From Mobula hypostoma (Eukaryota): a stretch of 64,000 nt of DNA. Below the pieces are notes generated by a model. The model worked only from the letters and a program-made list of their open reading frames with translations, had not been told where the DNA came from and did not search any database. Made by a program: the position numbers and the translations under genes. Positions 34,388 to 45,863 of this stretch are shown here, one piece after another. Where the stretch lies: contig NC_086108.1 in the NCBI RefSeq assembly GCF_963921235.1, positions 57,538,001-57,602,000 of the forward strand, given 5' to 3'. The number at the start of each line of letters is the position of its first letter. Position 1 is the stretch's first letter.

Positions 34388-35164
34388 TCACCCATCTACT
34401 CCCCGAATTCTGCACTCTGGGTGTAACCACCTGTTCAAAAGTTGTATCTACCAATTGCTCTGCCTCCCAAATGATCCTGAGTTCATCCAACTCCAGCCCC
34501 AGCTCCTTAGTGCGGTTTTTCATGAGCTGGAGTTGACTGCATTTCCCGTAGGTATAGTCATCAGGGAGACTATCAGGCTCCATGAATCCCCACATCCTAC
34601 AGGAGGAACATTCCACTGCAGTATCTGCCATCCTGCCTGCACTGTACAACGTGCAGCCAAAACCGAATCTTCTAACCTGTTTCTTTGGCCTCAGCCTCTT
34701 CTCATCGAGGCCTCTTGAGTCAAAGCCTGGCGCTTCTACTCTCACTGCTAGCCTACTCCCGACGATGCCTGCCCCACTTGCCCCTTCTGTACTTTTACTT
34801 AATTCGTAGTTCTCTGCTTCCAACGCTGATTAGACCTCTGTAATGTCCGAACGCCCACAAAGCTCTCTTTTTATACTAGCTTCACCGACCTGCGGGTAAC
34901 CTCTTCGAAGTGCTCTGTTCCCAACACTGATTGGGCCTCTGGATGTGTATATTTTGTGGCTTTTGCTGGACTAATTTCCCAGAGAATATTAAATATATAA
35001 AACAAGTTTTCTGCAAAAATTAAATCAATTAATCATACTAAAAGAAAGTGAATGTCAAATTAGCATAACTTGATATTATGAAATGTCATTGTCTTATTTT
35101 GTGAGGTTGAAAAAGCCCTGCAGGCCAAAGTTCAAAACACCTGTGAGTGAATATTTACTAGTCA

Positions 35165-37030
35165 ATAGATTCATACAACACAGAAATTGGTTCTTCTGGC
35201 TTATCTCATCTCGGCCTGCTGTGATGCCTATTGTTACTCATCCCATTTGCCTTCATTAGGCCTATATCTTTTGAGCTTTATGCTTTTCCTGTTTAATGCT
35301 TCTTAAAATTGTAATTGTATCTGATTTTTAACTCTTTCCTCTGGCAGCTTGATCCAGATGACCGCCCTCTGTGTGGGGGAAAAGCTTCATCTTCAGTCTT
35401 TTGCCTCTTACTTACCTTATACCTGTGCCCTTGAGTTCCAGACTCCCCTATCCTGGGGAAAAGACTCTTGTCTGTCCAATCTATGCTCTTCATAATCTTA
35501 TAAATCTCTATAGGGTTATTGCTCAATCACCCCCCTTCTTCTTAAAACCACAATTCTCTCTTCTCTGTTAGGGCTCCAGTATTCTCCTGTTTTGCTTTCC
35601 TTAGCAGCCTGGGATAGATCTTGCTAGATGCTGGAGATTTATCCATCCTAATGTGTTCTTATATCCTAACACTTCCTTCTTCCTGATACAGATGAGCTGC
35701 AGAATATCAACAAACTCTCCCTTAAAACCCAAGTTTGCATATCCTGGTGAGCATCAATGAGAGGTATTCACTTAGGACCTAACTTAGATCCACCCACAAG
35801 TCACCCCTTTGGCTCTTGAAGGGGTCTACTTTTTTCATAGCTAACCTCGTGCTTCTAATATTTACAAAAGGTTTTAGGATTCCCTCTAATTCTATATGCA
35901 AACGTCATTTCATTCCCCCTTTTTGCCCTCCTAATTTCTTTAAGCTCTCTTCTATATACCCTATAAACCTTAAACCTTGGTACTTGCTTTCAGAACCTGA
36001 CATACATTTTTCCTTGATCAAGCCTTCATTATCCTTTGCCATCTTTGCTTTATGTCCTTGCAGGGACACAGTGACTCTGCATCCCTTCTATCATGCTCTG
36101 AAGCTCCTCTTACCCTCCAGCAACATTCCCTATCCACTTCAGCTAGATCCTGTCTTACACTGTTGAAGCTCATCAAACTATGGTCATAGTTCCCAAAAGA
36201 TTCCTCCACAGTTACTTTTACCATTTATCCATCATCGTTCCCTAAAGTCAAGTACAGCTGTATCCCTGATAGGTCTCTCTCCATAATGGCTCAATAACCC
36301 TCAGATGCATTTTACAAATTCCACCCCATGTAAGACCGTTGTGATAAGGCAATCCTAGTTACTATTAGGAGAGTTAAAATTCCAGCAGAATTTTTACAGC
36401 CTTCTAAATACATATCTGTTCTTCTAGTTTCTGCTGCTATTGGGAAATTTATATATTGCAATGTCATCAAAGTGATCACCTCGTTCTTATTACTGAGTTC
36501 TAAAAATATTGCCTCAATAGCTGACCTCTCCCTGAGACATCCAACCTGAGTAGTGTCTTAATGCTCTGCTTGATCGAAAGTGCAACACCCCTTTTTGTAC
36601 CTCCCCACTGTCACACTTGAAACCTCTGCATCCTGGAATATTAAGTGCCAGTCTTGTCCATCTTTTAGCCACATTTTGATGGTTGCAATGATATCACATT
36701 CCCATGCACTAATTCACACTCTTGGCTCACCTGTCTGACATATAAAGCTCTTTCCATTAAAGTTAATCCCTGCTTGTCTCTAACTATTCTTCTCACTGAA
36801 CTTGTCTGTTCTATTTTCTACAAATCACTCTGCCTGTCCACCTGCTGCTCTGTCATTCTGGATCCCAACCTCTGCCTTGCCAGTTTAAACCCTCCAGAGT
36901 AGCAGTAATAGACATTCCTACAAGTATATAGGCGATCCTCCAGTTCAGATGCACCCATTATTCTTGCACAGATCATTCCGGCTCCAGAAGCAATCCCAAT
37001 TATCTAGAAACCTGAAGTCTTTCTCTCTGC
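35165..37030 (-). mobile_element. Old, heavily deleted CR1 remnant
   Basis: IEIYKIMKSID...FPRIGESGTQGH at the 3' end; esterase/EN-like remnants near 36500-37000. Confidence 0.65.
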
Positions 37031-37359
37031 ACCAGCTTTTTAGCATGAATATTACGTTTCAGTTTTGCAGCATATTGTGAATATCTCTATGGTCTTCACA
37101 TTCGCCAAACCATTGCTTCTTAAAAGATTTACTGGAAGTCATTGAGAAAGCCTGCACATATTCTGAATTGGTTACAAATTATGGAAAAATATCAGGGTTC
37201 TCTACATTGATAATGTGTAACCGGCTTGCATCTGCTTCCTCCAACATGTTCACACCATCCCTCTCGCATGGCTTCTGTGTCTCAGCCAGCGTGCTGAGTC
37301 AGCTGAAGTACAAAGAACTTTGTCTGGGGAATTGGATTGATGAATCTAATTTGTACCCA

Positions 37360-38880
37360 GTCAGATTCAAACTGATCCTCTCAGCAGTGCTCACAATCCT
37401 TTGTAGAGACGCAGTCAGATGCCTTGCAGTGCCTGTACCAGACGGCGATGCAGCTGGTCAGGACTGTTTCAATGGTGCTCCTGTAAGAGTTGGTTTGAAC
37501 TGGGGGCGGGGTGTTGAGCCTCGCTCACCTTATTCTCAGGAAGTGGAGATGCTGCTGTGCTTTCTTGACCGAACAGGTGGTGTTCAGGAACTAGATGAGA
37601 TCATCCGTTCTGTGCACTCCCAGAAACTTGGTGCTCCTAACTGTCTTCTCGGAGGAGCCGTGTTTATGCAGTGAGGAGTGGTCAGCCTGTACCTTCCTAA
37701 AGTCCACAATCATCTCTTTGGTCTTGTCCATGTTGAGACTCAAGTAGTTGTACTTGCAGCATTCTTCCAGCTGCTCTACCTCCTCTCTGTATGCCATCTC
37801 TTTGTCATTGTTCATGAGGCCAATTATTGTTGTGTCAGAAGAGTGCTTGATTCGGTTTGAACTGTATCTAGCAGTGCAGTCATGTGTCCTCAGCAGGCTG
37901 GGCACGCAGCCCCAGAGAGATTAGATTAGATTATGAGGACACGCAGTCCTCTTTTATTGTCAATTAGTAATGCATGCATTAAGAAATGATACACTGTTTC
38001 TCCAGAATGATATCACAGAAACACAAGACAAACCGACTAAAAAAACTGACAAAAAACACATAATTATAACATATAGTTACAGTAGTGCCAAGCAATACCA
38101 TAATTTGATAAAGAACAGACCATAAAAAAGTAAAAAAAGTCTCAAAGTCTCTCGAAAGTCCCATCATCTCACGCAGATGGTGAACCTCCAGCGCCGCAAA
38201 CTTGCCGATGCAGCATACTGGAAGCACCCGACCACAGTCCGACTCCGAGTCCGTCCGAAAATTCCGAGCCTCTGATCAGCTCTCTGACACCAATGCAACG
38301 AGCACCATCTCTGCCGAGCGCTTCGACCCCATCCCCGGCAACAGGCAATAGGCAAAGCCGAGGATTTGGGGCCTTCCCCTCCGGAGATTCTCAATTTCAC
38401 AGTAGCAGCAGCAGCGAAGTGGGCATTTCAGAAGTTTCTCCAGATGTTCCTCCGTGCTTCTCATGGCTGTCTCCCATCAAATCAGGATTGTGCACAGCAT
38501 CCCAGTTAACACATACGATATCGTTTCGGAGCGGCCGCGCGCGCTGTGTCACACCACCATCTTCTCCTCCCTCCTCCAGCCGGTGCTCAGCATGATGGAG
38601 CTAAAGATGTTACTCTCAGTACAGACTGACTGTGACCTTTCTCTCAAGAAGTCCAGGATCCAGTCACAGAGAGAGGTTTTGAGACCCAGTGAGGATAGTT
38701 TCCAATCAGCTTCTGAGGGATGGTCGCATTAACGTCAAGCTGAATTTGATAAACAGCATCCTTGCATATGAGGCACCATTTTCCAGGTGGGACAGGAAAG
38801 AGTGTAATGTAGAGATTATGGCATCACCAGTGACCGACTTGAAAGATGGGTGAACTGGAAAGGGTCCAATTTAGCAGTAA
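37360..38880 (-). mobile_element. Rex1/Babar RT fragment, split by the element at 37917-38576
   Basis: THDCTARYSSN..SDTTIIGL...KTKEMIVDFRK...TKFLGVH (37591..37905); [13 protein letters not shown] near 38640. Confidence 0.8.
37917..38576 (-). mobile_element. ~660-bp non-autonomous retroposon (copy 2)
   Basis: Reverse-complement match to 25027-25713, with a (TAATC)n tail at 37917-37935. Confidence 0.8.
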
Positions 38881-40860
38881 ATCACAAACACAAGAAAGTC
38901 TGCAGTTGCTGGAAATCCAAAGCAACACACACAGAATGCTGGAGGAACTCAGCAGGTCAGGCAGCGTCTATGGGAAAGAGTAAACAGACGATGTTTCTGG
39001 GCTGAGAAGAAAGTGAGAGGATGCCAGAATAAAAAGGTGGGGGGAGGAGGGGAAAGAGGCTAGCTGGAAGGTGATAGGTGAAGCCAGGTGGGTGGAAAGG
39101 TCAAGGGCTGGAGAAGAAAGAATCTGATAGGAGAGGAGTGTGGACAATAGGATAAAAGGAAGGAGGAGGGGACTGGGGGAAGTCATAGGTAGGTGAGAAG
39201 AAGTTAAAGGTCAGTATGGGAAATGGCAGGGGGGCAGAATTTGTTCAGTGGAAGGAGAAATCGACATTCGTGCCATCAGGTTGAAGGGTACCCAGATGGA
39301 ATATAAGGTGTCACTTGTCCATCCTGAGGGTGGCTTCATCTTGGCACAAGAGGAGGCCGTGGATCAATAAGTCGGAATGGGAATAGAGATTAAGATGTTT
39401 GGCCACTTGTAAGTCCTGCTTGTGGTGGATGGTGCGGAGCTGCTCGATGAAACGGTCCCCAAACTTATGATGGGTAACATCAGTGTAGGGGAGGCCACAT
39501 GGGGAGCACTGGACACAATAGACAACCCCAGCAGATTCGCATGTGAAGAGTTATGTGATGCACTATCAATTCCTCCAAAAGACTGGAAGTGGAGTAAATA
39601 CTGAAAGGCTTTTATTAACAGTAAATGGACCAATGTCCATGCTGAGTATCTGACCTGGACTGAGAGGAGGAGCAGTGACACAATCGCCTTTATTCAGGGG
39701 TCTGTGGGAGGAGCCACAGGAGCAGTCAGCAGAGGGGTGTGTCCAGGCATGTCCAGACAGGTAGGTAACCCAGTTAATATATGGTTTACCACATTGCGTC
39801 ACCTGGAAGGACTGTTAAGGGCCCGGAATGGAGGTGAGGAATGAGGTGTAGGGGCAGGAGTGGTACTTAGGATGCTTGTAACAATAGATAGCTGCAGGAA
39901 GGTTAGTAGGAAGGGACAAATGGACAAGAGAATCATGAAGGGATCAGAGATGGAGACAGAGAGATCAAGAAAGGGAGAGAGGGTGTCAGAGATGGACCAA
40001 GTGAATTTAAGGGCAGAAGGCAAAGTTGATAAAATTGACGACTTCAGCATGGAGCAGTGCCAATGTAGCAGAGGAAGAGTTGGCGAGTAGAACAGGGGAA
40101 GGCTTTGAGCGTAGAATGTTCTGCATAGGCGACAAAGAGGCCGGCATAGCTTGGGCCCATGCGAGTGCCCATGGCTACTCCTCAAGATTGGAGAAAGTAG
40201 GAGCCAAAGGAAAAATTGTTGAGGGTGAGGACCAGTTCTGCGAGATGGAGGAGGGGGATTTTGGTTCCTTTGTCAAGAAAGAAGCAGAGGGCTTTGAGGA
40301 CTTCCTGATGGGGGGATAAGTATTCTGGGACTGAACATCCATGGTGAAAATGAGGTGGTTGGGGCCAGGGAATTGAAAGTTACTGAGGAGTTTGAGGGTA
40401 TGAACGGTGTCACTGATGTAGGTGGGAAGAGACTGAACCAAAGCGGTTATACTGGAATTGAGCTAAGATGACACAAGCTCAGATTTGTGGATCTTGGGAA
40501 GGAGACAGAAGCAAGCAATGTGGCATCAGGAAACTGAGTTTGGTGGCAGTGTTTGGGAGTTCTTCAGAGTGGATGAGGTCAGTGATTGAGTCAGAGACAA
40601 TTTTCTGGTGGCGTGGAGTGGGGTCCTCCTTGAGGGGTAGGTATGAGGAGGTATCTGAGAGTTGCCGCCTGGCCTCAGCAAGGTAGAGGTCAGTGTGCCA
40701 CACTACAACAGCACCACCTTTGTCTGTGCGTTTGATGGTAAGGTTAGGATTGCTGTTGAGAGCAGTGCGTTCGGAAGGGGTTGGGTTGGAGGAGGAGAGA
40801 TAAATGTTGAAATTGAGATGGTTGTTGTCTCATCAGCAATTAGAGCAGGCAGAGTGAGGT
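38881..40860 (-). mobile_element. Penelope-like element, decayed
   Basis: TDLYLAEARRQLSDTSSYLPLKEDPT, LPTYISDT...LIFTMDVQS, LKFTWSISDT..PFLDLSVSIS; terminal repeat at 38881-39010 with the hammerhead core deleted. Confidence 0.85.
39554..39793 (-). mobile_element. Probable solo LTR (~240 bp) inserted in the Penelope element
   Basis: Interrupts the host sequence (GAAGAGTTA | TTGCGTCACCTGG), has TGTG...CACA termini and AATAAAAGCC on the minus strand near its 3' end; TSD not clean. Confidence 0.55.
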
Positions 40861-40889
40861 GTCCAAGAAGGGGAGGAGGGTTGGAGACG

Positions 40890-42710
40890 GAAGAAGGGGC
40901 AGTAGGACGATGTAGCAGAAAGATGGGATTTAATGCGATCCATAACTAGCTGCTTGAAGAACTTTATTGATGCCAGTGCCTCTGGATGGTAACTATTGAG
41001 GCAGGTTACTGTTATCCTCTTGGGCACTGGGATAATGGTGGCCACCTTGGAGCCTGAGGGGACAGTGGACTGTTTCAGAGAGATGTTGAAGATGTCTATT
41101 AAAACCTCTGTTAACTGGGTTGCACCCAACCAATTATGTTATCAGGCCCCGCAACTTTGTGGATCAACCTTGGTTACGGTTTTTCTCACATCAGCTGCGG
41201 TCAGGCATGGTGCCTGGTCCTTGGGGTAAAGGGTGGGACTTCCACACCGGCACATCATTCTGTGCATCAAACCAAGCGTAAAATCCATTTAGCCCATCAG
41301 CAAGAGAACCATCACTGTCATTGATGTGCATGGTGGACTTGTGGTGTGTTATGGTCTGAATGCCCTGTCACATGCGCCCTCATGCATCGGGTGTCACAGA
41401 GGTGATTGTAATTTCTCTGTGAATAACCCTGTTTTATCTTTCTGATAGTGTGGGAAAGCACGGCTCTTGCTGACTTGAGATCTGTTTTATTCTCCAATCT
41501 GAAGCCAGCATCCTGATCTCCCAGTGGTGCCGGGACCTCTGTTGTTAGCCATGGCTTCTGATTTGCCCTCACATTGACATGTTTAATAACGGTGACATCC
41601 TCAGTGTACTTCTGTATGTAGCCGGTCACAGATCTCGCGTATTCATCAACGTTAAATATGTTGGTCGTAGGTAGCCACCTCGCTGAACACTGTTTCACCT
41701 TCTTGATTGTTTTCAAGGCGATCCTGTGACGCAGAGGTTGCTCCTTCTGGCCAGGTCTTTATCTCCCTTTGAACCGGGTTGACATGTTTCATCAGTGGGC
41801 AGTCTGCAGGAATGAGCATAAGTGGGTCAGAGAAACTCAGGTGATGGCGGGGATCAGCTTTTTCTGCAAGAGGGATGTTGGTATAAAGCAGATCTAATGT
41901 GATCTCACCTCAGCTTGTAAAGTCAATACACCGATAGAATGTAGGCAGGACTGTTTTTAAGGTAGCATGTTTGAAGTAGTCAGCAACAACAAAGAAACCA
42001 TCAGAGTGTGTGGCTTGTAGGTCACTGGTGTCAGCATAGAGCTCATGCAACACTTCCCTAGTATTAGCACGGGGGGGAGGGGGGAGGGATGGACACAGCC
42101 ACGATCACCACAGCAGTGAACTCCCTTGATAAATAGAAGGGCCTGCACTTCATTATTAACTCTACCAGAGACGACCAGTGGGTTATCACTGTTGAAGCGT
42201 TCACACCGCAGTTCTTATTAACGTACAGTAGGTACATACACCTCCATTCGGGTCTTGCCGAGATCGCAGGAGTTCTGATGTCCCTCTAGCTGAATGGCTG
42301 CTCAGGGATGGTATCCTGGACACATTTAGGTCAGGATGAGCACACTGCTGTCCTTCATCTCACGCTGATTCAGTCTAAGACACAGGAAATCTGGTTTATT
42401 TTCTAGTGATCAAATGTTTGAAAGCAGAATTGACGGGAGAGCTGGCTTACAGGATTTCATCTTTTAGTCATGCACAAGCACCAGTGCGCTTTCTGGGCTT
42501 CTGTTTCCTTGCGCTCGGTTCCAATGGCGTCTCTCCTGCGTGGCTGTACCAGGCAATAACATGGTTCACAATAAGCCCTTGCCGCGGAGCTCAGCTGCTA
42601 TCCCACAACTGACTCGTGAAGTAGACTTGGTGACCTGAATATCCAGCCGTGTCCTGCGATCATAAGAAAGATGTAAGGGGATGTGCAATTACACCATTAG
42701 TTGCAGCCAG
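40890..42710 (-). mobile_element. Rex1/Babar 5' half (endonuclease to start of RT)
   Basis: QLTEVLIDIFNISL...KVATIIPVPK, VDEYARSVTGYI...NQKPWLT, FFVVADYFKHATLKTVLPTFY. Confidence 0.8.
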
Positions 42711-42739
42711 AGTGGGCACTGCAATTGGATATGCTAACA

Positions 42740-43510
42740 TCTTGAAGATATGTTGTAAATGTGAGCAGAGAAATGGCAGATGGAGTTTAATTCAGACAAG
42801 TATTAGGTGTGCATTTTTGGAGGTTAAATGTATGCAATAAATGGCATTGACACACAGAAGATATGATGTACAGAATGCGACGACACAAGTAGATAGGTTT
42901 GTTAAGGTGGCGTGGAGGGTACTTGCTTTCATCAGTTGGAGTGTGGACTAGAAAACTCAGATGTCATGTTGCAGCTGTATAAAACTTTGGTCAGACCATA
43001 TTTGGAATATCTTGTGCAGTTCTGTTCGATGTGTTATGGAAAGGATATGTAGGCTTTGGAGAGGGCATAGAAGGGGTTCATTGCAATGTTGTCTGGATTA
43101 GCTATAAGGAAAGGTTGGACACACCTGGATTGTTTTCTCTGGAGCATAAGAATTTGAGAAGCAACCTGGTTAAAGTATATATAATTATGAGAGGCTCGGA
43201 TAAAGTAGATAGACATTTTCCCAGGATGGAAATGCTAAGTACCAGAGGACATAATTAATGTCAGTGGGGTAAAATAAAAGGAAATTTACAAGGCACTTGG
43301 AAAAAAAAACTTTTGCTAACTGCGTGGAATGTATTGTGAAGAGAGATAGTAGAAGCAGAAAGTAGAGTAATGTTTAAGGCACATTTAGGCGGGCAGATGC
43401 ACAGCCAAGGACTTGCATAATATGGACTCTGCAGACAGATACATACTTAAATTGGCAATGTGACAGCCACAGGAATCTTAGGCTGAAGAGCTTGTGCTGT
43501 ACTGCTCTAC
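42740..43510 (+). mobile_element. Old CR1 3' fragment
   Basis: MLQLYKTLVRPYLEYLVQF, ISYKERLDTPGLFSLE. Confidence 0.8.
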
Positions 43511-44509
43511 GTATGCCATCGCATCTTTGACAAGCTTGCACGTGCTATGTTATCATTTTCTCCCCTCCCTTGGCACCAAACATATTTTGCCTCGAGCCTA
43601 CATGCCAAATTATGTGCAAGTCTGGGATCTAGGTTGTGGCTGCAAATTGAGTATCAATGTCTTTATCCTTCCCTGTCACCTTGGCAGGTTGTAGCTCTTG
43701 ATTACGTGAAGAAGAAAAGGACTGCAATGGAGAGGAGAAGGACAAAGCTGTTTGCTAAGGGACTGTGGGATGAGGGAGAAATGGAGTAAGGAAGAGAAGG
43801 GTAGGAATGCAATTACCCTTAAATTCATTCCAACAAAGACTGTGTCCTCTGGACTGACCTCTCCTGAAAATGCTTCATAAGGGTAGAACATTCAGGTGTG
43901 ATTCTCCTGCCCAATTTAACCTTCAGGATTTGTTTGAAATCTGTAATATAGGGAGGCGGTATTTACATAATTTCTTATTCCTGTATTGGAATGGTTGCGG
44001 ATGTGAAATCTGTAAGGCAAAGCACCACGTCCTTCAGTTTTCATTATTTTAGGAAGGTATGTGTGTGTTTGTGTGTATGGGGCGCAGAGGGTAGGGGGCA
44101 TGGGGTGAAAGGACTGGTGCCATTTTGTTTGAAGTTGTAGTTCGTTGTTGTTAGTTATCTAGGTTAGTGTTCGTGGGAATACTTCATATGGTTGAATATT
44201 CGCTTATAATAATTATTCATTGTCACTCTGGTTAAGTAGGACAATGAAGTCTTAAGAATGCATTTCAAAGGCATCTGGCAGAGATATGGAAACTATTTAA
44301 AAATACTTAATTTTGAATTTCCTGGTAAGGACACTTAGGTACTCCCAGAGTTCTAATTATGGCATTTTAAAAATAGAGAATTTAAAGATTAGAATGATGA
44401 ACACATTTGACATTCAAATGCTAGCACAGCAATGGAACCGATGGAATAGTAAGAGTTGGCTATTGATCTGCACTGCTAGAACAAAGTTGATGCCCCTTTC
44501 CTACACTAA

Positions 44510-45863
44510 CCTGCTACAACAATTCCAACGTAAGAGACTACAGGGAATGGTGGACACAGCTCGGTCCATCACTGACACCATCCACAGGAAGTACTGCTTC
44601 GAAGAATCCCCACCACCTGGATTATCCCTTTTCTTGTTACAATCATCAGGTATGCGGTATTGAAAACTGAGGCCCAACACTACCAGGTTCAGGAACAGCT
44701 ACTTTCCGAAAGCAATCAGGTCCTTGAACTGGCTTGTCCAACCTTAACCCCTCCTCAGCAATGGAGCCCTATAGAAACCTTTTGCATGATCATAGACATG
44801 TCTCTGATTGTGTTTTTCGCATTGAGGTCTCGTTTTTGCACAGTATTTTCTTCTTCACTGCCTTGTATAATTTTCATTCAATGCATTGTCTGTCCCTATG
44901 TACCAGTGATTTTGCTGTAGGCATGCTCTGCTTCTAACTTTCTGTAATAAGTGGAGAATTCCAACACATTTTTAGTCTCTCATTTAAAACAAAACAACTT
45001 TTTTATTCAACCGAAGTGAATGATTACACATTTTCCCACATTAGTTCCATCTGCTATGTCTTTGCCCAGTCACTTCATTGACTTTTAGCCTCCCATCACC
45101 TTCTCACACCCCACACTGTCACTTGGCTTTGAATCATCAGCCAACTTAAACTTTAAAGTACATATACAATCATGTCACCATATACAATCCTGTTATATAT
45201 TTTCTTGTGTATATACTCAATAAACCCATAATAGAATAATAACCATATAGAATCAATGAAAGATCACACCAACTTAGGCATTTAACCAGAGTGCAAAAAA
45301 CAACAAACTGCCCAAATACATACATACGTACATACGTACATACATACATAAATAAGCAAGCAAGCAATAAATATGGAGAACTTGAGATGAAGAGTACTTG
45401 AAAATGAGTCCATAGGTTGTGGGACTATTTCAATGATAGGGCAAGTAAAGTTGAGTGAAGTTATCCCCTTTGGTTCGCGAGCCTGATGGTTGACTATCCT
45501 CAACCCTGGTGATGTGAGCCCTATAACAGATCTCCACCGAGCGCTGTCACAGGAAAGCAGCATCCATCATCAAGAATCCCCACCACTCAGAATATGATCT
45601 CTTCCCATTCCTGCCATCAGAAAGAAGATTGAAATGTCCCCACAAACACTGGACACACTTTCAAGCACCCTTCATCTCAGGTTCTTGATATTTATTGCTT
45701 ATTTACTTAATAATATTATTTCTTTCTTTTTGTGTTTGCACAGTTGTCTTCTGTTGAATGCCCAAATCGGATGGTCTTTCATTGATTTTGTTATGGTTAT
45801 TATTCTATAGGTTTTTGAGTATGCCAGTAAGAAAATGAACCTCAGGGTTGTATATGGTGATAT
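44510..45863. mobile_element. Cluster of short Rex1/Babar 3' ends (both strands) and a CR1 scrap
   Basis: KRLQGMVDTARSIT and TTRFRNSYF segments; shared tail AAATGAACCTCAGGGTTGTATATGGTGA, also seen at ~56900. Confidence 0.6.

Larger units (their letters stand above)
29171..34945 (-). mobile_element. Near full-length decayed CR1 LINE (ORF1 zinc finger/zipper plus esterase, ORF2 EN-RT), twice interrupted
   Basis: ORF1 AVECSSCRMW...ELDELRII and AIVIGDSIVR...CCLPGARVQDV...HVGTND; EN RGGGVALLI, LDLVLEN, GDSDHNSI; RT PEDWKVANIVPLFKKG..NYRPVSLTSVVGK, RPHLEYCVQF; (TTCTATGT)-type tail at 29171. Confidence 0.93.

Noticed and set aside
37168..37674. 168-aa plus-strand ORF
   Set aside because: Mostly the antisense frame of a Rex1/Babar fragment.
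43688..43785. Purine-rich exon-like segment (VVALDYVKKKRTAMERRRTKLFAKGLWDEGEM)
   Set aside because: Plausible AG/GT ends but no recognisable homology; cannot be supported without RNA data.
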